Assembly: GCA_010093745.1 (NCBI GenBank)
Contig: MU006023.1
Coordinates: 1-64,000, forward strand
DNA: 64,000 nt
Reading direction: 5' to 3'
DNA from: Piedraia hortae CBS 480.64
Lineage: Eukaryota
This document shows, in pieces, positions 1-10,241 of this stretch; the first letter of the stretch is position 1; each line of letters begins with the position of its first letter. The notes under the pieces are model-generated. The model searched no databases, was not told where the DNA came from, and saw only the letters and a program-made list of their open reading frames with translations. Position numbers and translations under genes: made by a program.

Positions 1-1953
1 GTTCGCGGTTGAGTTGACAAAGTCGGTGAGTTGTTCTTGGTTTGTAGTGTTGAGCATGAAATGGCGGAAACAGTCGTCTGTGTTCATCACCTTGACCGTT
101 GTCTGGCCATTGTTGCCGTCCAAGGCAACAGCATGGTACACAACATCCGACGTGATATCACTGGCGTGAGACGTAAAGTTCCGCCCAGATGCATAGCTCG
201 TCACCAATTCTTTGGCCTCTGCCTCGGGTACAGTGACTTTGAAGAACTTGAGTGTCTCGTCCTCCCAAACTTTGGCATTTCTTGCAGCCGTTTCATTCCA
301 CTCTGGATGTTCAGGGGAAAAACCATCCGCCGATAGAGCGGCAATGGCGCGTAAAGCGGCGGGTACCAAAGCAGTGTTCACGTCATATGGGATTCTGCCA
401 CCACCAAGACCATATGTGCTATCTCTCCAGTTACCCACCGGTATGCCGTCTTTGAGGTGAATCAAGTTGGACTCGACCTGACCATCAGCTTGAGCAAAAG
501 GCCCGGTGAGCTTCACGATCTTTTCCGCATTGATCCGAGCCAGCTCAGCGTAGGTCAAACCAGCGTTTCCAAAATCAAGTGTGGACTTGGTGGCGAAGAA
601 TTTATCGATACGGCTTCGGCCAATAGCAGTGTCGAGAAAGTAGTGCTGCATGGCAGGCATGAGGTAATAATCGGTGTCGACCATGATGTACGAGCATCCC
701 GGAGCAGTGCTGGTGACATTGTTCTGGAGGTTCAACCAAGTTGCGTAGTCTCCAATCGTTTCTTCGTGGCAGATGCTCCCGTCGGTTCGATTGATTCTCT
801 CCAACACTGCAGATATGACGGCTTCGACGGCTCCTCCATCACCTTCGGAGAGTACTGGCTGAAGCAGTGCAAGGCTAATCATGCTGTCGCGGGCAAAATA
901 GGTCAGAAAGCGCCATGCACCTGTCGTGAGCTTCTGAGCGTAAGACAGGAATGAGAGCGATGTCGTCTGATCGGGGTACTGGCTAATCAAGTTCTGGGAC
1001 TGGTTATTCAACACAGAAGACGCGTCGAGTTGTGTAAGCTGAGGATAGTCAAATGCTGCGGTGAAGTTGTATGTGCCAGCTTTCAGTTCCAGAGTGCCGT
1101 TGTTGATTGTGATTGCGCTGCCGTTGGTTGGAATAAAGGCCATGTATGAAGTAGTTATATTGTCGAGCCAGAGACGCGAGATCATCGCACCGCCAGCACC
1201 GACTCGAGAAACATGGTTTGCATCCTGGATTTCAGGACGCAACAGCGAAGGACCTTCAGTGAAATCCCTTATGGTCCGGATACTTCCCAAGATCGCAACA
1301 GTAAGTTTTGCGGAGGAATTAAAGTGGACCAAGGTGTTCACACCCACGAATGGGTTACCCGATAATGAGGAGCTGTTGGTTGGAAGATAGACTCCAGATA
1401 AGGACTGACTGGAGTTACCAACCAGTCCAATGCTTAGGGTGCCATTGATGCCATTCTGAGGAGCAAAAAAGGCCACCACGCCTGATGCACCTGCAGGCCA
1501 TGCAACAAGGAGTCTTGGTCCGATAACTGTAAGATTGCTATCTGACAGCGGACTTGTCACAACAACCTGGTTTGCTACATGGCAATCGGAATAGAAGTAG
1601 TCTTCGTAAGGTGGATCACTCAAGTGTTGGGCAGTTGGGTTCTTGGTGCAAACTGCAATGATGCTGCCAGTAGACGAAGCAGTGGGAAAGGTGGTGGCAG
1701 AAGACGATAATTCAGGGGAACCTGTCGAGGTCAAACTGTACGTACCACCAGTGGATGTCTCAGTATGAGAGGGAGGCCCGTGGTACGAAGGCCAAGGGCG
1801 AGTATGAAGTGTATGCGGCTCAAAGGAATGATGAGAAGGCCAGGGATGCCGAGACGACCCGTAAGGCTGATAAGGCTGGTATTGCTGGGGGCCATCCCCA
1901 AAAACGCTGTCTACCAAGCACGAGAGGATGATGGAGATCAGCTTTCCTGCCAT
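1..1953 (-). CDS. Secreted six-hairpin-glycosidase-like protein (often labelled glycogen debranching enzyme-like); 3' end runs off the window
   Basis: Manual minus-strand translation from ATG 1953 stays in frame to base 1; it is absent from the ORF track because no stop lies in the window. It has a signal-peptide-like start MAGKLISIILSCLVDSVFG, a His/Pro/Ser-rich linker, then LSDPPYEDYFYSDC, GAWRFLTYFARDS, GSICHEETIGDYAT, MVDTDYYL and a GNWRDS..GGGRIPYDVNTAL-type segment. Confidence 0.7.
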   Translation of the reverse strand, partial: MAGKLISIILSCLVDSVFGDGPQQYQPYQPYGSSRHPWPSHHSFEPHTLHTRPWPSYHGPPSHTETSTGGTYSLTSTGSPELSSSATTFPTASSTGSIIAVCTKNPTAQHLSDPPYEDYFYSDCHVANQVVVTSPLSDSNLTVIGPRLLVAWPAGASGVVAFFAPQNGINGTLSIGLVGNSSQSLSGVYLPTNSSSLSGNPFVGVNTLVHFNSSAKLTVAILGSIRTIRDFTEGPSLLRPEIQDANHVSRVGAGGAMISRLWLDNITTSYMAFIPTNGSAITINNGTLELKAGTYNFTAAFDYPQLTQLDASSVLNNQSQNLISQYPDQTTSLSFLSYAQKLTTGAWRFLTYFARDSMISLALLQPVLSEGDGGAVEAVISAVLERINRTDGSICHEETIGDYATWLNLQNNVTSTAPGCSYIMVDTDYYLMPAMQHYFLDTAIGRSRIDKFFATKSTLDFGNAGLTYAELARINAEKIVKLTGPFAQADGQVESNLIHLKDGIPVGNWRDSTYGLGGGRIPYDVNTALVPAALRAIAALSADGFSPEHPEWNETAARNAKVWEDETLKFFKVTVPEAEAKELVTSYASGRNFTSHASDITSDVVYHAVALDGNNGQTTVKVMNTDDCFRHFMLNTTNQEQLTDFVNSTAN

Positions 1954-3837
1954 GGTGACGTGCAACTACATTCAGAATGGATTAAATCTAGACTATATAG
2001 TCAACCGGCGTAGCTCGCTTTTCGTCTGCCAGGCACATCAGATCGCATGCATATGCAGCCGTCCACAAGGTTAGCATCTCAAAAAGCATGACCGGTATAC
2101 TCTGAATAAACAAGACCCAGTGCATAGAACCAGGTGGTAAGAAGCCTGTGGAAATGAATGCACTTGCTTTTCTAGTGGAATGTTGTTTTTGCTTTTCAGT
2201 TCCGATCTGAACGTAATACTTTGACTGTTTGGGTTATGGCACCCAGGGCCACGTACGCCAGCTGCGTCATTGCCTTAATGACCAAACAGGCGTTCTTTTG
2301 GGTTGGAAATGCGGAGTTAATACGGGGCTGACGAATTAACTTTCGACTTTCCGTCGGTATGCCAGATTGACAGAAGCTAAATCCTTACACGTCAACCAAT
2401 GAAGTTATCAAAGTCTATAAGGCACCGCGCTTAATACGGAGGAAACCTATGAGGTGGAAGGGGGATGCCCGATTCAATCGAAGCCAAGCGAATAGAAGGA
2501 CCACAGCAAGTCTTGGCACAAACATATGTTGGCAATTCATCTGTACGGGAACAAAAATTCCTTGGACCTCCTTCAATGAAGATACAAGACAGCAGCCTCG
2601 AACAGATTATTTAAACCAAAATGCCAACGCTATATGATTTTCTGGCGTTAAAAGGCCGACCATCGTCATGTCGCGCCAGCTGACAAATGGAAGGAGAGGA
2701 GCAATGCAAAATTGGCACAGAAGGCGGCACTTTAATTTAAGAGCATTGTGCACGACTGTTGTCGCGCCACATTTCCGATTACCTGTACCGCTACTAGAGG
2801 CGTCTTTCAGGCCCACAAATTTCAAGGGTGGCTTCTAGAAATTAATCGCCTTGCTGCATGGTGTGGAACTACCAGAACTCATTGAAAGTTAGCTGCCTCT
2901 CCATCTCAAAGTCTGATGACTTTTTTTTCGCCCCCGACCTGGCGTCATGCTCACATTATACCGCTTCAGATCGACGATGCCTTCATCATTGCTTCTTATT
3001 CACAGCATTCCTGACAGGAGCGCCATCGCATGTCCTCTTCTTGGCTCCCCGCTGCAGCAACTCAAGACGCCCCGGTCGGTAAATGGTAAACTAGAGGGAC
3101 AACAGGGATACATGTTGGTTGCTCCAGCCCTGAATCGATGGTCATGCTACCTTCCAGAGCCAGGGCAGCAAATGCCCATATTTCGGGATCGAAATTTCAG
3201 AACCAAACTAGACTGGCAAAGTCAGGCGCGGCGATGTTCCCTGTCTTCGCTATCAGAGCCTTTTCCAGTCAACAGTCTCTATCTCGAGCGGTGAGGGCAG
3301 TTGCGTTGCTCCATAGGGTAGCATAGATTACGAACATCTCATCCAAGCGGGAAAATATGCATCAACTGACCTGCACAACAATTAGCCGCGTATCCAGCTG
3401 CCCGGCGTAAAATAGCACAATCAAATAAGCAATCAGCCGTGATTCGCCTAAGGGAAGGAGCAATTGGCGTGGACATCAGTACGACGGACGAAGTCACAGT
3501 GTTCGCCTGTCGAAAACTTAGGGCCAGAGTAGACCATTCTCGAACGACTGGCCGCGAGCTTCCCAAAAAGGCATAAGCGCGATCAACGCGAAACTAACCC
3601 AGCCAGCGAATCTATCCAACAAGATATTCGTACACCATCCAGCAGCGTGTCTCCCGGGCGAGGCCGTTAGAAAAAAGAAAGATGAGCTCCAGACAGCGTC
3701 CCAGATCGCTGAAGCCCCGCTTGGCGGCATGACTCCTGCACAGAGCAATTGAGATCGCAGACTGCGACTTTAAAGTGAACGGGGAAAGACGTCGTGACAC
3801 AGATGCTCGATGTCGCAGTTCGTCCGGATTATGTAGT

Positions 3838-4311
3838 CGGCATACCATCGCCGCTTCCATCACGATAACGCAGTTCTCAACTGCAGGTGCGGCCGACCAA
3901 AGGCCCCTGAGCACTTAGTGCATTGCCCGCGCGTTGTTCGCCAGTGGCGAGTCTGGCCTTGGTTCTGGGATGGACCGAGGCGGATGCTGGATTTCGAAGG
4001 GCGGAAGAAGTATCTTGCCGACCTGGTCAGAAGGCTTACAGACTTTGCCGCGTTTGTTGCCAACACAGGTTTCTTTCGAGAAATCTGTCCGCGCGGCTGA
4101 GCAACATCTATGGGAGACACAGGCCGCAGGCTATCCTCGCAATGCGGAGGAGGACCGCGGCTGGATAACAGCCCTTTGAGGCTCGAGATGCTTGCTAAGG
4201 AACCTAACGTATGTAGGTAGACCTAGTTTAGCACGTCCCCATGCCCTTCGGGAGGCTGCGAATGGCCGTTAGCGGTCATTTCGCCCGGCGTAAAACATCA
4301 AATCATCATCA
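3838..4311 (+). mobile_element. 5'-truncated Tad1-clade LINE (non-LTR retrotransposon), copy 1: ORF2 C-terminal zinc finger, 3'UTR and (ATC)n tail
   Basis: Encodes YHRRFHHDNAVLNCRCGRPKAPEHLVHCPR...ICPRG*. Near-identical to 6373-6870 and to the 3' part of 29136-30467. Flanked by a perfect 14-bp target-site duplication TCCGGATTATGTAG (3823-3836 and 4312-4325). Confidence 0.92.
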
Positions 4312-5829
4312 TCCGGATTATGTAGCCTGCACCTATCACGGCGTCAGGTTTGCGTCCCTAATCGTCAGTAAACTGGCAAGTATACTGGACATCTTGCACT
4401 CTTCGACACATGTTAATCTATGTAGAATGTCCTATATTGGCAAGAATGGACGTAAGGACCATCACTCACCCAAACAAGGCATCGACTCATGAAATGCGAG
4501 TTTGAGTCAAGGCAGCATTGCATCCGGGTAAAAATCAACAGTGTCAAGGCGATTTAATGCTCATGCGCATAATGGCAAATTCAAGGGTCGATCGAAATCG
4601 GTACATGACCAAGAGTGCCATGAGTTCTGGTTTGCAATGTTCTTTGACAATTACAACGAAATATTAAAACTAGACATTTGATCAAGTTCCACAGCGTTCG
4701 AAAGATGAGAGTGAACTAGACAAGTCCATACCATGAGGGTAATTGAGAAATGCCTAAAATGACATGCTGCGTGGCTTAAAGATATCATCAATAGCAACAA
4801 CAGAAGCCAGTACAAAGTGTACGCAGGCACTGTACGTAGTATCACGAACTGATGTCACACTCTCCATCAACTTCGATTGGATTTGATTCACACGCCTTGG
4901 AAGCTCAGTTGCGAAAGATAAGAGGGGGAAGAAGAGGGTACATGAAAATGGTTGTGTTTGATCCACTGGGAATCAGCGAGAAATATACTCGAAGCACACA
5001 CAATACAGAAAAAAGGGCAGTGAGGCGCCTGCACCTCACCGGCGATGTGGAAACAGGGTCCTTCCACGATAGCGTCTTTGGGCTCATCACCAACTGTGAC
5101 AACCTTGTGACCGGAGGTTCAGGCGCGATGTTACCGTTGCCCACCCGCAGTTCAGCAATGTGCGCTCGACTCTTTTCCAAAACTATCTCTTGCTCGATGC
5201 GGAAATACTCTTGGGCCGCCGCACTCAGCTTGGACATAATGTCATTAACATCAAATTGCACTCGAACGCCGTGACGTTCGAGAATCTTGTTCCTCTTAAT
5301 CAAGGCCTTGGCCCTTTCATTCTTAGCGTCAGTCTTCTGGGCTTTCTTTCGTCCGACCGCGACCATCCTTTTGGCCCTCTTTATAACGATTTACTTGTTG
5401 AAGGCTGCTGCCGGGGCGCTTTCCGATTGAGGCTCCGCGTCCGCGCTTGGTGTCACAAGCGCTGGAGCCTGTACCACGGTGGCCGGCCTCTCACCAGGGT
5501 CTTCGGCGGCGACAGCGCGCTTCTTGCTGGGAACCAAATACCGGCCAGCTGCGTGGTCCCCGCCCGTTCAAATCACCGCCGACAGCTGGTTTTCCACAGC
5601 CCACCAGATTGTACCACAGTCCAACGTTGACTCAGGCCCTATATAGTGGCATCTAGATTAAAAAAAAAGACTAAGAGCGACAAGGAAAAGCGAGAGGAAG
5701 TGAAAGCCTGACAGGGGTGAGCCCTGTGTGCTGCTGTTTGAGTCTAGGTGGGGCTGGGTCAGTAACGGGAGAAGAGGCCTCAGGTCGTCAGTGGCTGGTC
5801 ATGGTTCTTGCTTGCGTTGATGGTTTGCA

Positions 5830-5960
5830 CTGACATGCGGTTCCGGACGTTGGCTTGCAAAATCTGAAGCGTGAGAAAATCCGCTCTGTGTCAGCATTAT
5901 GTGGCTTGATTGATAGGATCGCCAGTGCGACCCGCTGGAGCTTCACGACTCGGTTCCCCG
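5830..5960 (-). pseudogene. hAT transposase C-terminal dimerization-domain relic
   Basis: KLQRVALAILSIKPHNADTERIFSRF fits the hATC consensus L..lA..iLsiP..sa..ER.FS; no remainder of the transposase is visible. Confidence 0.55.
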
Positions 5961-6372
5961 AGCTCCAGCGGGTTGCAGGCACTGGCGGAAGTGGCAATGG
6001 TTATACGAATGGTGCTGACGTTAAAGTCCCGGGCACTTTTCCACCCCCCATTCTTGGCAAAGTCCAGAATCCAGCGGTGAAAGCGGTGAATAGTGTCGAA
6101 GTCGAACTTCCGGGAGACAATGAATTGTGTATGGATGGTGTATAGCCAGGAGGAGATAAAGTAACGCGGCTCGTCGTAAAGTGTTGCCGCCAGCAAGATT
6201 TTCGCGAAGAACTTGGTTTTGGTATCCTCGAACTCGGGCGGACAGAAGACTGCATGGATCTGGCGGTTGCCATCTTGGATGATGCGGCTGACTTCTGGTT
6301 TCATGAGGACGCGGTCAGTGATCGAATGCACCAAAGCACCAAGAAGGCGGGCCATCTCTAGGACGATGCCTT

Positions 6373-6870
6373 GATTTGATTGATTTGATGTTTTACGCCG
6401 GGCGAAATGACCGCTAACGGCCATTCGCAGCCTCCCGAAGGGCATGGGGACGTGCTAAACTAGGTCTACCTACATACGTTAGGTTCCTTAGCAAGCATCT
6501 CGAGCCTCAAAGGGCTGTTATCCAGCCGCGGTCCTCCTCCGCATTGCGAGGATAGCCTGCGGCCTGTGTCTCCCATAGATGTTGCTCAGCCGCGCGGACA
6601 GATTTCTCGAAAGAAACCTGTGTTGGCAACAAACGCGGCAAAGTCTGTAAGCCTTCTGACCAGGTCGGCAAGATACTTCTTCCGCCCTTCGAAATCCAGC
6701 ATCCGCCTCGGTCCATCCCAGAACCAAGGCCAGACTCGCCACTGGCGAACAACGCGCGGGCAATGCACTAAGTGCTCAGGGGCCTTTGGTCGGCCGCACC
6801 TGCAGTTGAGAACTGCGTTGTCATGATGGAAGCGGCGATGGTATGCCGCAAAGTCTCCGTGTCCCGATCT
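6373..6870 (-). mobile_element. 5'-truncated Tad1-clade LINE, copy 2 (inverted relative to copy 1)
   Basis: Reverse complement of copy 1 with about 2 substitutions in the shared body, and an (AATC)n-type tail. Imperfect 9-bp TSD: CGATGCCTT at 6364-6372 and CGACGCCTT at 6871-6879. Confidence 0.92.
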
Positions 6871-7250
6871 CGACGCCTTCTGGCGCTGAGCCAAGTTCTG
6901 TAGATAGAGGTTTATGGGGGCAATATCTGCCTCTCGCGCGATTGCAGCATCAGCCGTCTGTTTGTAAGCTCCTATGATTTTCCTGATGCATTCTTTCTGC
7001 ACGATAGCCAGGGGTGCTATGGAGCTCTTGGGAATTGGTTTGCCATCTTTCGCGACAGCCCAGACCTTTGAACCGTACGCTATGATGGGCTTTGTGACGG
7101 CAGCGTGCAAAATCTGTGAGCTTCGCGCTGACGGCCCCTACACGGGGGATGTCATGCGTGCCATGATTTCAAAGGTCTTCAGGCCCTTGGCCGCCGCTCT
7201 TTCAATGTGACCTTTCAAAGAGAGACGCGGATCCAGCCAAACCCCCATAA
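6871..7250 (-). mobile_element. Older LINE relic: end of the reverse transcriptase domain and thumb region
   Basis: Minus-strand translation MGVWLDPRLSLKGHIERAAAKG...SPV*GPSARSSQILHAAVTKPIIAYGSKVW...VQKECIRKIIGAYKQT...EADIAPINLYL shows the GVWLD and WGP(S) motifs (W mutated to a TAG stop) and the PxxxYG and thumb motifs of fungal LINE RTs. Confidence 0.75.
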
Positions 7251-7329
7251 TTATAACGAGCTTGGGACGACGAATAACTTCACATCCTCCGCTGTAGGAA
7301 AGCCCATTGTTAGAATATGGTTTCGTCGC

Positions 7330-7915
7330 ATGGTTGATCCCACGACAACCGAAAACTTACCTTCAGCTCCTGGGGCGGAAGAATGGTCTTGGCATCCGGT
7401 ATCGATTGCTTGATCATCTTGAATTTTTCTTCGGCCGTTTCCTCAGCGCCTTCCCGGTTATCAAGTCATACCTTAACTGTGGCAGTTGCTTTGCCTTTGC
7501 CCACCACTTGACTCCATAGAGGCTTACCCGCCATCACTTGGCCGGCCATAGGAGAGATCACCGGTTCTCCCTTCTCCAGCTTTTCGAGCCGTTTAATGAT
7601 AATGTCCAACTTGTCTTGTACGGTTTCATTCGTAGTCACCATGCTCTTCTCATGCTACGTCATGGCCCGGCAGAGACCGAGAACGTTGTGCGCGTGTCCG
7701 GAGACCACAACGTTATCCTCCCCACCGAGGCTTTCCACAATTGATTCCAAGTGTCCCATAATCCTTTCCGAGCATTGAGCTCTGTTTGTCCCCATCTTTT
7801 CTATTTCTGCGCCTCTGACGCGTGTTTCTCCGCTTCGCTTAGCCGGACGCATCTTGGACGCGTCAGACCCTCCAGGACCATCACTTCCCGTTCCCGCGCT
7901 ATCCATGGCAGGCAA
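7330..7915 (-). pseudogene. Degenerate ORF, possibly the gag-like ORF1 N-terminus of the adjacent older LINE
   Basis: The frame continues through in-frame stops (…LCRAMT*HEKSMV…DKLDIIIKRLEKLEK…PLWSQVVGKGK…V*LDN…). It has a coiled-coil-like stretch and lies on the same strand directly upstream of the RT relic; the identity is inference only. Confidence 0.3.
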
Positions 7916-10241
7916 CGGGCAGTATCCCTTCTTCTTGATCTCCTACACTCTTCTATCGCAGTCCACCGCAAAAAAAAAAGGTTCTTGAAAGGATGTAACG
8001 TGATCACGTGATGTCAAATCATCAGCTAAAACACAAACAAACAAACATCTCGGACTTCAAAAGCTGACACCTTGATTTTTGGTTCCGGGAGAACAACGAG
8101 CGCTGAGGCGTCACGACTTACCGCCTTTCCAAAGAGGGCCGTGTTGTCTGCAAATATTCCATTCTCCATCAGCCAGTGAACAAAACTTCGCCCATCCACA
8201 CCAGTTAAACCCAATCATTGCCTGCAATGAAAGTATCCTCTCCGGATATGAATCCGAAGTCGCAAAATATTCCGGTGATACCTCTGGAGGTCCGATCAGG
8301 GTGGACATCTTAGCATCGAATACCTGCGACGAGCTTTCGAGACGTGATACATCCAATTCTTTCAAGATGGCTCACCTTGCAAAAAGCCCGCTCCAGGTTG
8401 CTATGTACTTCATGTACCTGGCATTGTTCACATTCGGGCTATGACAGACGCATGTGTCTGTGCCAAGGCACTAAGAAAATCATCAAGTCCTCGATCACGC
8501 CATATCCAAGCTCCTGACGACAAAATTATACCAGCAAATATGCACCATCTTGGGTAGATTGTTGAGCAAGATCCCTGTTCACTCTCGATCCTGGAGTGAC
8601 CGTTCTTTCGGTCAGGGGGTGCGTGCCTCAGGAACCACACAGCAAGCCTCCATGTGGACAAAGATATTAGATTCTAAATCAGACACGATTTTCTGGTCCA
8701 GGCATCGATCTTTTGGCGCGTTCTTCACGACATCTTTCGTTGCCACCCTATAGCCAGTCAGTGGGGATAGTTGATAGGGTGGTGGATGGATACTATCATA
8801 CCAAAACGCGGATTAGAAATAGATGCTTATCGTGAGATAAATAAGTTGAATGCTGAACTGAAATCGAATGCTCTTTCATTTCTAGCCCCTATTTCTGCGA
8901 AAGCGCCCGATTGATCATCTCGACTGATTTTGTCTAGTCTATAGGATGGTCCGCCTCTGAGTGCAACGAAACTGATTCAAGCTTAGCTCTGCTCACATTT
9001 AGGTCAGATAGATCTACAGAGCTCTGAAGCATACTTTTCTGCGTAGATAAATGTGTTAGAAAATTTGGTCAGTTCCGCTACGGTATATTTGATGAAGAAA
9101 AGTCGCATTATCCAGGAAATATTTCTCCAAGGTTGCCGTTAAACCGGCTGCCAGTCGCTCCTCTCAAATCCGTACATCTCTTCTGCCGAGCATTTCCTTG
9201 CATCCGTGGAAATGGGAGGTTCTGGGCTTTACAGTTGCGAAATCACTCCGAAGTTTGGTCAAAATACGAAAGAAGACATCCAGAGGCGAGGCTGTCTTGT
9301 GGGCTTACGGGCTCATGCGGAGTTCAAATGTCGCTCGCTGTTGAATTAAGTTTTTTATGGAAAGTTTCCAGCCAAGGGAACGGACGGCAGTGATATGATA
9401 CATGACAGTGATTTGATACAGTGCGCATACTCAATCAGCACGTCCGATGCGCCAGCGTACGATGTGCAAGGTCTTGTGCGCGTTGATTAGGCTTCCCCCG
9501 CCATGCTCATTTTATGCTGGGCGTTGGCTGGAAATGGGTGCTGTATCATATTCCTATACCCCACCCCAGACTCCAATTTTATTGGACACCGTGAACAAGT
9601 CAATTCATGAATGGCCGAGTTTTGGAAACTCATAGGCCAAAAGTTTCTGTCCCCTGGTCGCGATACCACCCAACAGCCGCTTAGGCATTCTCACCGCATC
9701 AAGAAGCACATACTCGCTTCAATCTAAGCCGTATGCCACCTCTTTTGACTTCACAAATCATTTTCTCCAATCCTAGTGTGTCCCAACGCGGCACGGCCGT
9801 GAAAGCCCGATCGCAGCTCCTCGCAGGGAACAAAAGAGTGCGCTGCCTGTCAAATAACTGCCCCCACCATGAAAGTTGTCTACTTGAATTTCACACAAAC
9901 GATCAGTCAGTAGAAAAATCCAAAGACTAGCACGAAGAAAAAAGGGTGGTATCCGACATTCAAAAAAAAACACGGTGTCGGACACTACCGGAGAACACCA
10001 ATCCACTACCAGCGGGACAGTGTAAGACGCTGCCCACGGAGACCTACGTGCCTGTGGTAGATTTACATAGCTATCCTCACACGCATGACAACTTCCTTTG
10101 AGACCATGCGGACATCTCGACAGTAGCTTGACATTATGCGTTGGACAGATATATTGCTCAATACTCGACTACAACCATGTCTTTTGCTGCATTTTTCCAT
10201 TCCCACATTAACTCCACGCTCAATGCCCGAATCATTATACA

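Noticed and set aside
2327..2345. CTGANGA hammerhead core candidates (also about 31987, 49257, 60550)
   Set aside because: None has the stem II-GAAA and stem I/III arrangement.
3838..6870. A single DNA transposon with 470-bp terminal inverted repeats carrying a hAT fragment
   Set aside because: The repeats are LINE 3' ends with tails, and each has its own TSD; no shared outer TSD was seen.
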